DNA from: a bacterium | GTDB lineage: Bacteria; Patescibacteriota; Patescibacteriia; JACQRZ01 | Assembly: GCA_030688365.1 (NCBI GenBank) | Contig: JAUYIE010000020.1 | Span: 16,337-80,336 of the forward strand | Direction of reading: 5' to 3' | Length of the DNA stretch: 64,000 nucleotides | Shown: in pieces, positions 49,301 to 58,310 of the stretch | How the letters are laid out: every line of letters starts with the position of its first letter | Position numbering within the stretch: position 1 is the stretch's first letter | Made by a program: the position numbers and the translations under genes | Notes under the pieces: generated by a model | Seen by the model: only the letters and a program-made list of their open reading frames with translations | What the model was told of the DNA's origin: nothing | Database searches by the model: none

Positions 49301-49528
49301 TTCAAAAAATTTCCATCCAGTCATATCCACAGGTTCCGGTCCTTTATTGTAGATTTCAACCCATTCATGATCAGAGTTTTCTGATGCGCCGATTTCGTTG
49401 ATGACCATATCCGCACTTATCGCATGGGCGGGAGGTGGAAGGATCGGCGCGAATGAAATTAAAAAAAGAACGGTGATAACTAAAGAACGCGACATAGAAA
49501 AAATAACAAGAATAAAAATTAGTTTCAT
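46367..49528 (-). CDS. Giant surface protein with signal peptide, four or more lamin-tail (LTD) domains, a PKD domain, a Pro/Asp/Thr-rich linker and a C-terminal TM anchor
   Basis: LTD signatures (LLINEFVSDPTDDDTEWIELYNP, VINEIGASENSDHEWVEIYN, INEIFPNPKGKDTDEFIELVN, ITELLPNPIGPDTKGEFIELYN). PKD signature (YTWDFGDGQKGEG...YKISLTVTDG). The start was set to MKLIFIL. Confidence 0.75.
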   Translation of the reverse strand: MKLIFILVIFSMSRSLVITVLFLISFAPILPPPAHAISADMVINEIGASENSDHEWVEIYNKGPEPVDMTGWKFFENDTNHGLNAYQGDMIIEPGEYAVIADVAINTASDYPAFTGTLIDSAWSTLNESGESIALKDNTGTIVEQFTYIPAAPTHSLERIDAIINDYTNTNWIEHSTSNTIGAVNDASTIPDESESTPPDDDVPPLDDDTPPPDEQDPPNDETPPPSNETPPPHNETPSTSPPTFSRGDLLINEFVSDPTDDDTEWIELYNPLIKNIDLAGWTIEDGSKGKTILAGAIGSNANTRFFVVENPKGKLNNPGDVIILKSPTGDIIDEVAYGNWADDNDQNNAPVAKDPFSVARVKDGANTYNNTFDFQITAHPTKGSSNVIIDPDSPTGGDTLPFIKNISITELLPNPIGPDTKGEFIELYNGGDSDIDLLNWEVINNAGRKYIVNAKKLTSTIIPAHHYFVLSRTVTGLALKNTGGDGIKLYQPNGEKPNAVFTYTEKAIQGQSYVLFNDGQTGWTTTPTPGGENIKTIANQPPDLDLQVPTTGTVLEEIPCDASDTIDPEQDPLTYTWDFGDGQKGEGIALSHHYDKAGRYKISLTVTDGTNKKITTKTITIKESIQNIAPSDTTDEIEIKDAPIPQESINIISSIVINEIFPNPKGKDTDEFIELVNTSDEPVDISRWRVAFQLGKKSYTYSTSTMIPANGYLLLTTAQEKIQLRNIADTVVLYDTHGNVIDTVFYETAPEAQSLNRTDNNDFVWSKMVTPGQENVIDLSVTLSNQQGTTSTSTTHATSTKNSTSSANTSSRLTVALDQIRDFPLNTSIVTEGVVASVPGVLGANIFYLAGSGVQVYVSKNQIPTLARGDTIKIAGVLSQISNEERLKVSQKSDITLISHGQPPTPHDITASQVNEEYEGSLVRLQGDVVKVQWPSIYIDDGDDEARIYVKASTGIPHIKIASGDIVQVTGVVSQTSSGYRILPRTTDDLVVSENTNITTSNTNTSTLSNTTLSLTGTNAPIPLTQIGVVSLFGIIFLASGVYIQRKTNTKK

Positions 49529-49647
49529 TATATCAAAGACAGTGATTTTTTGCAGGCCTAACCGATGTTGTCTATTCACACCTTGACAGTATTAAAGGGG
49601 TGTGATAGTCTATTTTTTGTATATTATAGATTCAGGAGGAATCGCAA

Positions 49648-49926
49648 ATGCCGTGGTTAGAAAGTTTTGAAAAAGCACATACAGACAAAGAAATTGATGA
49701 AACACAAAAAACGATCATCGCCGCTTCTACGCTAGCAAGTGTTGGCAATATTTCACGAGCAATACGACACATAGAGGGGCACATTAAAAAATTTCCTGAT
49801 AGTAATACTATGGAAGTTCACTCTCTATTAGGAGATTTGTTGGCTAGAAATGGCCATTTTGAATTATCGGCGGGGGTTTTTGGTAACGCATTACGATGTT
49901 TTATCAACAAAGAAGTAGTAGAATAA
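49648..49926 (+). CDS. Hypothetical small protein (92 aa)
   Basis: ORF with a helical-repeat-like sequence and no motif. Confidence 0.3.
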   Translation: MPWLESFEKAHTDKEIDETQKTIIAASTLASVGNISRAIRHIEGHIKKFPDSNTMEVHSLLGDLLARNGHFELSAGVFGNALRCFINKEVVE

Positions 49927-50034
49927 ATTTTCATCAAAAAAATATTTTGGGAATCCCTACTTAATTGCGGGATCCCTATTTTTTTCCGCAAAATTCCAAT
50001 GATATGCTACAATATACACATCATATATATTTCC

Positions 50035-50700
50035 ATGCCAATACAAAAACTCATGCAGATGCTGGGTGCCAAACCACGCCTTCGCGATACGCATCTCAAA
50101 TATAAAATCTGCGTTTCAGGATCGGCCGCCGGCAAAAGCGTCGAGTCGAGCATGATTGAAAAAGCAAAAGAAGTGGGACAACAAATAGCCATGCACAATG
50201 GTGTTTTGGTGACCGGTGCTACGACCGGCATCCCGTACGCCGCCGCGATTGGTGCCAAAGAAATCGGTGGTATCAGTATTGGATTTTCTCCTGCTGCTAC
50301 TGAACTTTCACACGTTAAGAAATATCAACTGCCAGTAGACATGTTTGACCTTATCATCTACACGGGTTTTGAATATTCCGGGCGCAATTTAATTCTTACT
50401 CGTAGTTCTGATGCTGTCATCATTATTGGAGGACGTATTGGCACAATGAATGAATTTACCATCGCGTTTGAAGATAAAAAACCGATCGGTGTTTTGGAAG
50501 GGCTTGGTGGAACAGCAGACATGCTTCATCAGTTTGTGGAATACTCCGGTCGTGGTCATGGTAAGATGGTTTATGACACTGACCCCAAAGCATTGGTAGA
50601 GCGATTGATTGAACTCATTGATAAAGAAAAAGTGGTAACCATTTCTAAAAAAGAATACGCCAAAGTAAAAATGACGAAACAGTCTCGTCGTCGCGGGTAA
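50035..50700 (+). CDS. LOG/TIGR00725-family Rossmann-fold nucleotide-binding protein (SLOG)
   Basis: ICVSGSAAG and IIIGGRIGTMNEF motifs (compare PGGxGTxxE of the LOG family). The start was set to MPIQKLM. Confidence 0.55.
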   Translation: MPIQKLMQMLGAKPRLRDTHLKYKICVSGSAAGKSVESSMIEKAKEVGQQIAMHNGVLVTGATTGIPYAAAIGAKEIGGISIGFSPAATELSHVKKYQLPVDMFDLIIYTGFEYSGRNLILTRSSDAVIIIGGRIGTMNEFTIAFEDKKPIGVLEGLGGTADMLHQFVEYSGRGHGKMVYDTDPKALVERLIELIDKEKVVTISKKEYAKVKMTKQSRRRG

Positions 50701-50711
50701 TAGAGACTTTT

Positions 50712-51167
50712 ATGAAAAAAGAAACGATTTACATTGCGTCCGACCATGGAGGATTTCTTCTCAAAGAAACATTGAAACGATATCTTGAGTCGTTGGGATT
50801 TGTTGTACTTGATGTGGGGGCGACGAGCTTAAACGATACAGATGACTATCCGCAGTATGCGTTTGCGCTTGCACATGAAGTAGTGAGCAAACAAAAATCG
50901 CGCGGAATAGTACTTTGTGGAAGCGGGCAAGGGGTGTGCATTACTGCCAATAGGATGAAAGGTATCCGTGCGGTGCAGGCGTGGAATGTAGCATCAGCAA
51001 AAATGAGTCGCAACGATGATGATGCAAACGTGCTATGTCTGGGCGCTCGTCTCATTTCCACAAGACAGGCAAAAGAAATAGTGAACGTGTGGCTTGAAAC
51101 ACCATTTGCAAAAGAGACACGATTCAAGCGTAGGATTAAAAAGATTGATAAGGGAAAAGCGGTGTGA
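50712..51167 (+). CDS. rpiB: Ribose-5-phosphate isomerase B
   Basis: IYIASDHGGF...VLCGSGQGVCITANRMKGIRAV is typical of RpiB/LacAB. Confidence 0.85.
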   Translation: MKKETIYIASDHGGFLLKETLKRYLESLGFVVLDVGATSLNDTDDYPQYAFALAHEVVSKQKSRGIVLCGSGQGVCITANRMKGIRAVQAWNVASAKMSRNDDDANVLCLGARLISTRQAKEIVNVWLETPFAKETRFKRRIKKIDKGKAV

Positions 51168-51799
51168 GAATATCACCTATGCCATCAAATTCTAAAAAAA
51201 CTACTTTCTCTATTATTCCAGCTATTTTAGCTCATTCTAGGGCTGAATTTCTGGAAAAGCTTGAAATTATAAGGAAAAGCAGTCCAAAGCCGAAATTATT
51301 GCAGATAGATGTTGTGGATGGCAAATTTGTTGATAATACGACATGGGGCACGCCTGCTCAAATAAAGGCGCTACAGCTCGATATCCCGTTTGAGGCGCAT
51401 TTGATGGTAAATAATCCTGAAAAGGCGTATAAACGCTGGATTACGGCTGGTGCGAACCGTGTGGTGTTTCATTATGAAGCTACCAAAGATCCAATCGGAC
51501 TTGCGAAAGGGATAAGAATAGCCGGTGCGAAGCCGATAATGGCGATAAATCCGGAGACAAACATTAACATTGACCCATTGATTTTTAAGGTTATAAATGG
51601 TATCCTTGTTATGGATATTCACCCTGGTTTTGGGGGTCAGAAGATGTTGCCGGGGACGTTTAAAAAGATTCGCGCACTTCGCAAAGCTCATCCACATCTC
51701 AAGATAGAAGTAGACGGTGGAGTGAACGCAAAAAACATGCAAAAACTTATTGACGCCGGCGCAAACGAGCTGGTTATCGGAAGCGCATATTATTCATAA
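51164..51799 (+). CDS. rpe: Ribulose-phosphate 3-epimerase
   Basis: DVVDGKFV, HLMV, MDIHPGFGGQKM and VDGGVN motifs. Confidence 0.85.
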   Translation: MRISPMPSNSKKTTFSIIPAILAHSRAEFLEKLEIIRKSSPKPKLLQIDVVDGKFVDNTTWGTPAQIKALQLDIPFEAHLMVNNPEKAYKRWITAGANRVVFHYEATKDPIGLAKGIRIAGAKPIMAINPETNINIDPLIFKVINGILVMDIHPGFGGQKMLPGTFKKIRALRKAHPHLKIEVDGGVNAKNMQKLIDAGANELVIGSAYYS

Positions 51800-51807
51800 A
51801 GAACAAT

Positions 51808-52896
51808 ATGAAAGAAGTCATGAATGTGTTGTTCAGCAATGAACAACCGAAAGAAAATAGAAGGTCAGTAGACACAGAAGAATTACGTATTTTACCAGAA
51901 AGTGTGAGATCTTCTTTTACCAAATTGCCCGATTCTTTACAAAATAAAATATTTCAAAAATTAGGGATAGACAAATCAGAAAAAACGTCGGCGACTCTTG
52001 AAAGGAATCTTGAAGAGATTATTACTGGTCTTGATGAGAAAGCAAGGGAAGAATTTATGAGACATTGCTTAGATGAAGTTTTTGATAAAGGGAAATTGGA
52101 TATTATTTTTGAGGAGGCTGATGAGAACACAACACAAATAGAGACCAAAAGATTATTGGATACATTTTGGCAAAATAGAGGAAAAGGGGACGATATATGT
52201 ATTTTAAACAAAGAATACTATGAACATTTTTTTGAAACTCGACAGGAGATCACAGAAAAGATTTCTCGACAGAGAGAAGAAATTAAAATGTTAAAACAAA
52301 GTATTTCTGTTACTGGGAAACAGAAGAGGATAACTGAAAAGAAAACTGAAGAAATGTGGAATTTGGAAAAAGATCTCAGATTAATGATTTCTGAACTGGA
52401 GACATTTGACAAGGAAAATAAAAATTCTGATTCTGATCATCGTGGTGCGGGTGATGTGGCGTATCGAAGAAAATGGGAAAAAGAATGGACCAAAGCCACA
52501 GCCATTACATGTGAATATCTATCTCCAGATGAATTTGCTACGATGGTGGTTGAAAAGCTAGAGAGTAAATTTTCATTTGATATTTCAATTGAAAAAATTA
52601 AACTTAATCGTTTTAGTAGTATGGGATCTGAAATACATGTTATGGAAATACAAAAAAAGATTGAGACCATGAAAAAAACAGTTGATAGCTGGTATGAAGC
52701 ACATGAAACCGATGAACTGTTTAAGAAACCACTTGAAGAAAAGGTAGAAAAGAAGCAAGAGAAATTGATTGAATATCTTGGCGCTCTTATTAGCTCATAT
52801 CGCAAATCAAAACAAATGAATATTGAGGACGGAGATTTGATTACGACTATTCGTCAAATGGAAATTTCTTTATTTATGCTTGGAAAGGGTAAATAG
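51808..52896 (+). CDS. Hypothetical coiled-coil protein (362 aa, Glu/Lys-rich)
   Basis: Long uninterrupted ORF with heptad-rich sequence. No recognisable domain. Confidence 0.4.
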   Translation: MKEVMNVLFSNEQPKENRRSVDTEELRILPESVRSSFTKLPDSLQNKIFQKLGIDKSEKTSATLERNLEEIITGLDEKAREEFMRHCLDEVFDKGKLDIIFEEADENTTQIETKRLLDTFWQNRGKGDDICILNKEYYEHFFETRQEITEKISRQREEIKMLKQSISVTGKQKRITEKKTEEMWNLEKDLRLMISELETFDKENKNSDSDHRGAGDVAYRRKWEKEWTKATAITCEYLSPDEFATMVVEKLESKFSFDISIEKIKLNRFSSMGSEIHVMEIQKKIETMKKTVDSWYEAHETDELFKKPLEEKVEKKQEKLIEYLGALISSYRKSKQMNIEDGDLITTIRQMEISLFMLGKGK

Positions 52897-52901
52897 CTCT
52901 T

Positions 52902-53609
52902 ATGAAAAAAATCTCGGTTATCATCCCCGCGTACAACGAAGAACAATATATAGCAGACACGCTTGACGCGCTTTCACGTCAGGATTTTAATCGTGAAGAT
53001 TTTGAAATCATTGTAGTTGATAATGCGAGTACCGATCTTACCAGTAGTATTGCACGCGTCCATGGTGCTGATGAGGTAATTTTTGAATCAAGAAAAGGTA
53101 CAAATCGCGCGCGACAAACAGGAGTGGAACAAAGCAACGGAGAGATCGTTGCTTTTTTGGATGCTGATTGTGAGCCGGGGGATCAGTGGCTCTCGCGCAT
53201 TTGGGAATATTTTCAACAAGACAGACGACGATTGGTTGCCGTTGCCGGGCCGTATGACTATACGGATGATCCGCGATTACATTTTATGATATTTCAACGC
53301 ATGGCATGGCATGTCGTTTTTCCGTTTATGAGTCTTTTGATGGGGCGCGTGTTTAGACGCGGGGGAGTGATGCTGGGAGGAAACTTTGCGACACAACGAA
53401 AAACATTGAACGCGCTCAATGGACTTGATACCTCGTATGAATTTTTTGGTGATGACGCCAGTATTGCGCGACGTTTCGGTACGCTCGGATATGTGAAGCT
53501 TGATTCTTCATTGTCGGTAGAGAGTTCCGCACGCCGTTACCAACGCGAAGGATTTATCCGTACCAACTGGAACTATACCCGCAACTATTTCAAGGTGATG
53601 ATGAGGTAA
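52902..53609 (+). CDS. GT2 glycosyltransferase
   Basis: VIIPAYNEEQYI, VVDNASTD and LDADC motifs. Confidence 0.75.
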   Translation: MKKISVIIPAYNEEQYIADTLDALSRQDFNREDFEIIVVDNASTDLTSSIARVHGADEVIFESRKGTNRARQTGVEQSNGEIVAFLDADCEPGDQWLSRIWEYFQQDRRRLVAVAGPYDYTDDPRLHFMIFQRMAWHVVFPFMSLLMGRVFRRGGVMLGGNFATQRKTLNALNGLDTSYEFFGDDASIARRFGTLGYVKLDSSLSVESSARRYQREGFIRTNWNYTRNYFKVMMR

Positions 53610-53730
53610 GTCTTTTGATTCTGTACTTGTATGTACAGGATAATATACTCCTATAGTGCACGCCCTATTGCGCTATCTTCTTAAATCATATATTATATAT
53701 AGGTAGGGATTACTACTTTATTACCTTTAT

Positions 53731-55029
53731 ATGATGAAAGATGAATTATTGGGCATATTGAATGAGTGGAACTTTTGGAATCAAAAGCGTGATGTTGGGA
53801 TTAAACGCCCTTTTTATCTTGAAAAAATGAAGGATTTTAGCCAGACAGGGCAAGTGGTGGTGCTTTCAGGGGCGCGTCGTTCCGGAAAATCTACTTTAAT
53901 GCTCCAATATACGGCGGATCTCATTGCTGGTGGGTTGGATGCAAAAAATACCTTGTATATTAATTTTGAAGATTCTCGTTTTTCCGGTGAGCTTACCTTG
54001 GCGTTATTGCAACAGATATATGATGTATATAGAGCAGAACTGGCACCGGATACTCCGAATATTTTTATTGACGAAATACAACTTATTCCCGGGTGGGAGC
54101 GTTTTGTACGAGCGATACATGAACGTAAGGAAGCGACGCTGTTTGTGTCAGGATCCAATGCTCAAATGTTGAGCGATGAATTTGGTGCTTCGCTGACAGG
54201 ACGGCATCTTATGATAGAAGTTTTCCCTCTTGATTTTTCTGAATTTTTAGCATTTCATGATATATATCTTAAGAATAATCTTGAGATTGTTTCCAAAAAA
54301 GGCATTATACAGAAATTTTTTGAAGAATATCTGTTATTTGGCGGATTTCCTAAGGTAGTTCTTTCGCAAGAAAAACAAGAAATACTTCGTCAGTATTTTG
54401 ATGATGTGCTCGCACGCGATATCGTAGGTCGCTATCATGTACGTAATACTGTCACGCTCAAGGCACTCGCTCAATACTACGAAACAAACATATCCTCCTT
54501 GATGACATACAGTAGTGTTCGTAAGTTTTTGAAGACTCCGCTTGCGACTGTGCAACGATTTTCCGGATACTATACCTATGCGTATTTGATTTTCTTTGTA
54601 AAAAAGTTTGCCTATTCTCTTAAGGAACAAGAAGTGAATCCGCGCAAAGTGTATAGTATTGATACTGGCTTACGTAATGCGGTGAGTGGGGGGATGATAC
54701 CTGATAAAGGAAAGTTGTATGAGAATTGTGTGTACCTTGAGCTGTTGCGGAAACATGGCAATAATGTTTTTTATTGGAGTGATAAAGTGGAATGCGATTT
54801 TGTGGTTAAAGAATCCGATGGTATGCACGCCTATCAAGTCGTATATGCTATGTCGCATGCGAGCACCCGAGAGCGGGAATTTGCCGGCCTTGCCTCAGCG
54901 CTCAAAAGTTTTGACCTTAAAGAAGGGGTCATTGTTACCGGAGAGGAAGAAGGGTTGGAAGAATATGATGGGAAGATAATACATCTTGTGCCGTTGTGGA
55001 AATGGCTGTTGGGGTTTCCTGTCTCTTGA
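53731..55029 (+). CDS. AAA+ ATPase of the COG1373 / DUF4143 type
   Basis: Walker A VVLSGARRSGKSTL. Walker B IFIDEIQ. C-terminal DUF4143-like region. Confidence 0.7.
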   Translation: MMKDELLGILNEWNFWNQKRDVGIKRPFYLEKMKDFSQTGQVVVLSGARRSGKSTLMLQYTADLIAGGLDAKNTLYINFEDSRFSGELTLALLQQIYDVYRAELAPDTPNIFIDEIQLIPGWERFVRAIHERKEATLFVSGSNAQMLSDEFGASLTGRHLMIEVFPLDFSEFLAFHDIYLKNNLEIVSKKGIIQKFFEEYLLFGGFPKVVLSQEKQEILRQYFDDVLARDIVGRYHVRNTVTLKALAQYYETNISSLMTYSSVRKFLKTPLATVQRFSGYYTYAYLIFFVKKFAYSLKEQEVNPRKVYSIDTGLRNAVSGGMIPDKGKLYENCVYLELLRKHGNNVFYWSDKVECDFVVKESDGMHAYQVVYAMSHASTREREFAGLASALKSFDLKEGVIVTGEEEGLEEYDGKIIHLVPLWKWLLGFPVS

Positions 55030-55066
55030 CACATCTTTTCATATATGATACAATAATGTCATATAT

Positions 55067-55702
55067 ATGAAAAGTAAGAAAAATCTCTTGGAACAATTAA
55101 AAACACTTCCGCACTTCAATAAAGATGTGATTTTTCAGCTGGGTACACATCTTGGACTTGAAGATTCCACTATTGATACCTATATCAGCCGATTTTTAAA
55201 AAATAGAGAGATCTATCGGCTCAAAAACGGACTGTATATATCCGCTGATTTTTTTGAAAAGAACAGGAACGATATTTCGTATTCGTTTTATGTGGCCAAT
55301 ATCTTGCGTACGCCATCATATGTCAGTTCGTGGACGGCGTTGCAGTATTTCAATCTCACGACAGAGGCGATACATGGGATTACTTGCGTGACGCCAAAAG
55401 TAACACGAGACTATCAGACACAGGTGGAAAATTTCAGTTATCAGTCTATAGACAAAAAACTGTTTTCCGGATTTTCGTTGGGAACGGGGACATTTGATTT
55501 TTTTATTGCCTCTCCCGCAAAAGCTTTGTTTGACTTGCTGTATTTCAAGACGTATCAGTTTCGCGGTGTGACATTAAAACAGATACCGACATTGATTGAA
55601 GAATTACGCATTGACTTTGATGAGATGGACAAGAAAGAACAGAAAATTTTTTATAAAATGATTAAAAAGAGGATTTTGAAGTGGACGAAAAAGAGAAGGT
55701 AA
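55067..55702 (+). CDS. AbiEi-antitoxin-like wHTH protein (orphan)
   Basis: The N-terminus (LLEQLKTLPHFNKDVIFQLG...IYRLKNGLYI) resembles the AbiEi N-terminal domain (I.R..RG.Y). No co-directional AbiEii partner. Confidence 0.4.
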   Translation: MKSKKNLLEQLKTLPHFNKDVIFQLGTHLGLEDSTIDTYISRFLKNREIYRLKNGLYISADFFEKNRNDISYSFYVANILRTPSYVSSWTALQYFNLTTEAIHGITCVTPKVTRDYQTQVENFSYQSIDKKLFSGFSLGTGTFDFFIASPAKALFDLLYFKTYQFRGVTLKQIPTLIEELRIDFDEMDKKEQKIFYKMIKKRILKWTKKRR

Positions 55703-55770
55703 AAGCAATATGTCTGCGTTGTTATCTTGCGAGTTGGATGATTTGCTGAAGTAGCTCTATATATCCCTCC

Positions 55771-56772
55771 TCAAATCTCCCTCTCAAACTCTTTGAATCT
55801 TGATCCTGTGTATGTTTTCGCGAGTTTACGATATTTTTCGTACAGTGTGTTGTCTGAAATCGTACTTGGATCAAGCGTTGGAGCATTTTTGAAATAAAAA
55901 GGATCATCCCTATCTTCCATCCAGTATATGATTTGTGCTACCAAATCATCTTTGTGGTGCGCCAGAATACCTTCTTTTGTCTCATCTGTGGTCACAATGC
56001 CCAGCTCTAGTAGTTTGTTATAAAATCTTTCAGCCAGTTCATCTCCCATTTCATATGATTTGTCTACGGCAATAGCAAGATCAAATAGCCGGACATGATC
56101 AAATTCCCATTGCCAATCTTTGATGCCATCAATTGTTCCATTGCCATACATCGCTTCAAACTCCACTTGCAATCGCAACGCCTTCATGACTAATTTTGAT
56201 CGTAGACCTTGCTCTCCCTTTGAATAACTATACCACCAGTTGCCTTTGTACTCTGTGGGGCGGATAATTTTATTTTTTAGATCGTTTATGGCCTCTGGGG
56301 TTGCGATGATTTCTTCGTCTAGAATCAATACTTCATTTAACACAAAGTCGCGAGATAAAAAATATTCTGATAATGATTCTTTGCGAATACCGTGGCCTTG
56401 CGCGCTGTCATTGGACATATATCGTTGCTCAAGCATGTCTATCACAGCGGGATTTGGGTGAGCGTTTATGTCTGTAATGACAACAATATCAACATCACGC
56501 GGTTTTAAAACTTTGTTACCCAACAGCCGAAGTGCAACATTTCGCGCGACACCTCCCGCGATACCATAGCCCTTGGGTAGCTCTATTGGTAATTTTTCTT
56601 CAAGGGGTATATGTACGAGGGTACGCATGTTTTCTGTGCCATGTTCTTTGTCGTCAATGGGGATGCGCTGTATGGTATATACCAAGTCATGTTTATCCAA
56701 TATTTCTTTAACCCCATCGCTTAATTCAGGGGAAACAAATGTTTCGGTTGGGATTGTTTCAAATTTTTCCAT
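55771..56772 (-). CDS. Nucleotidyltransferase-fold protein related to class II tRNA nucleotidyltransferase / poly(A) polymerase head domain (divergent)
   Basis: YGIAGGVARNVALRLLGNKVLKPRDVDIVV parallels the GGxVRDxLLG...PKDxDxxT motif of class II CCA enzymes, with Asn in place of Asp. It is co-directional and adjacent to cca. Confidence 0.5.
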   Translation of the reverse strand: MEKFETIPTETFVSPELSDGVKEILDKHDLVYTIQRIPIDDKEHGTENMRTLVHIPLEEKLPIELPKGYGIAGGVARNVALRLLGNKVLKPRDVDIVVITDINAHPNPAVIDMLEQRYMSNDSAQGHGIRKESLSEYFLSRDFVLNEVLILDEEIIATPEAINDLKNKIIRPTEYKGNWWYSYSKGEQGLRSKLVMKALRLQVEFEAMYGNGTIDGIKDWQWEFDHVRLFDLAIAVDKSYEMGDELAERFYNKLLELGIVTTDETKEGILAHHKDDLVAQIIYWMEDRDDPFYFKNAPTLDPSTISDNTLYEKYRKLAKTYTGSRFKEFEREI

Positions 56773-56800
56773 AGCGATACATCAGTAAATAGTGTTTTTT

Positions 56801-58033
56801 CTACTGCAACGATTGCACATACTTCATCGCTTCCTCTTTGGTAGAAAGTGAGCGCGAAAGTGCGAGGGTTTCTACCTGTTCCAAGATTTCCTTGAACTTC
56901 GGTCCCGGTTTTATGCCAAGACTATGGAGATCGGTGCCGGTGATTAAGGGGAGTTTTGGCAAGGGATTTGTCTGGAGATCTTCTATGATTTTTTGAAAAC
57001 CTATTGTCTCCGGCGAGCCAGTACCAAATCTCACTTTCGCAAGTGCGAGGATTGCTTGTTGATTATTTTTTACTGCAAGTCGGCGCAAGGCAATCTCGTC
57101 CAGTGAAGACAACGCCTCAATATTTTTTACAATATCGTTAATATCAGTAATCTCTTTGTTGGAAAGTTTTATTGTTTTGCCGAGTGTCGTCACCTCTTGG
57201 TCAGCCATGATAATCGCCCACGTAGTCATGGCTGGCGCATCGGACGTGGATTCCAGTCGGGTGAGTTGTTCCTTCATTTCCGGGTTGATATCTAACCATG
57301 GCAATAAAAGTGGTAACAGGCCACATTCTTTCATAAGTTGAAGACCATGAAGGGGCATGGAAGTCGCAAGCATTTTTCTGATTTCATTGGTTGAACGTTC
57401 TTGTTTCAGGGTTAGTGCGTTATCGTGGTGCGTTTTTATTGCGTCATAGAGCGACGGATCAATATCAAAATCAAACTGGCAGGCAAATCGTATCGCACGA
57501 ATCAGCCATAATGCATCTCCCGCTTTTGTCGGGTCATTCGTAGCACGAATAATGCCCGCTTTGATATCATCCATTCCGCCCACGAGATCAATGACCTCTT
57601 TGGTAAGCGGATCAATCAAGAGCGCGTTCATGGTGAAATCGCGCCGTGCTACATCTTCCTCTTTGGTGGATGAAAATGCTCCGCCATCCCCCCGATATGT
57701 AGAGACCTCGTAGCAGTCCCCATTCAATAAAACTCTGACCATGCCGTATTCAGCGGCTTGCATCACTGTTCTGGGAAACAGTTTGGCGACTTGTTCTGGT
57801 AGCGCGTTTGTCGTCATATCAAAATCTTTTGGTTCCACGCCAAGAACCATGTCGCGGACGCAACCGCCAGCGAGATATGCCTCATACCCTGAATCGCGGA
57901 GATTCTGCGCCACATTCCGCGCGCCTTCAAAAAATTTATTTTCCGGCAGTGTGAGTGCCTCTTTATTAGCTATTTGTTCGTTGCTTGCGTCCCCAAGACG
58001 AAATTGAGAGCGTTCCATGTGTTGTTCAGGCAT
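56801..58033 (-). CDS. cca: tRNA nucleotidyltransferase (CCA-adding enzyme / class II PolyA_pol family)
   Basis: LAGGCVRDMVLGVEPKDFDMTT head-domain motif, RFACQFDF, and a 410-aa body. Confidence 0.8.
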   Translation of the reverse strand: MPEQHMERSQFRLGDASNEQIANKEALTLPENKFFEGARNVAQNLRDSGYEAYLAGGCVRDMVLGVEPKDFDMTTNALPEQVAKLFPRTVMQAAEYGMVRVLLNGDCYEVSTYRGDGGAFSSTKEEDVARRDFTMNALLIDPLTKEVIDLVGGMDDIKAGIIRATNDPTKAGDALWLIRAIRFACQFDFDIDPSLYDAIKTHHDNALTLKQERSTNEIRKMLATSMPLHGLQLMKECGLLPLLLPWLDINPEMKEQLTRLESTSDAPAMTTWAIIMADQEVTTLGKTIKLSNKEITDINDIVKNIEALSSLDEIALRRLAVKNNQQAILALAKVRFGTGSPETIGFQKIIEDLQTNPLPKLPLITGTDLHSLGIKPGPKFKEILEQVETLALSRSLSTKEEAMKYVQSLQ

Positions 58034-58226
58034 AATAAAGACGGTGAAGTTATAATACTGTTTAGTATGTCATGTATTGTGAAAAAGGAAAATGAAGAAA
58101 AGAAAAAAGCCCGCTGACATTATTTGTCGCGGGGCATTTCTATAATTACGATGATAGAGTGTACACTACTTGCCTGGTATACACTCAAGCGTCGCAACGA
58201 TAGGGGAGAATATGTTTTATACTTCC

Positions 58227-58310
58227 TGTTTCATCCTTTCGGAATCATCAGCACGGATACACATCCGTGAACAGGTGGGGGAGTTTCGATTATGAAACTC
58301 CCCAAACTTG
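58227..58310 (+). ncRNA. Repeated structured element, copy 1 (conserved leader plus two hairpins)
   Basis: TGTTTCATCCTTTCGGAATCATCAG, then hairpin CACGGA-TACACA-TCCGTG, then hairpin GGGGAGTTTC-GATTAT-GAAACTCCCC. Strand is uncertain. Confidence 0.3.

Noticed and set aside
55067-56772. Complete AbiEi/AbiEii type IV toxin-antitoxin pair
   Set aside because: The NTase-fold gene is convergent, not co-directional, with the AbiEi-like gene. Its motif matches the class II tRNA-NTase head domain better than the GGTAL...RFSEDIDF pattern of AbiEii. I kept it only as an alternative hypothesis.
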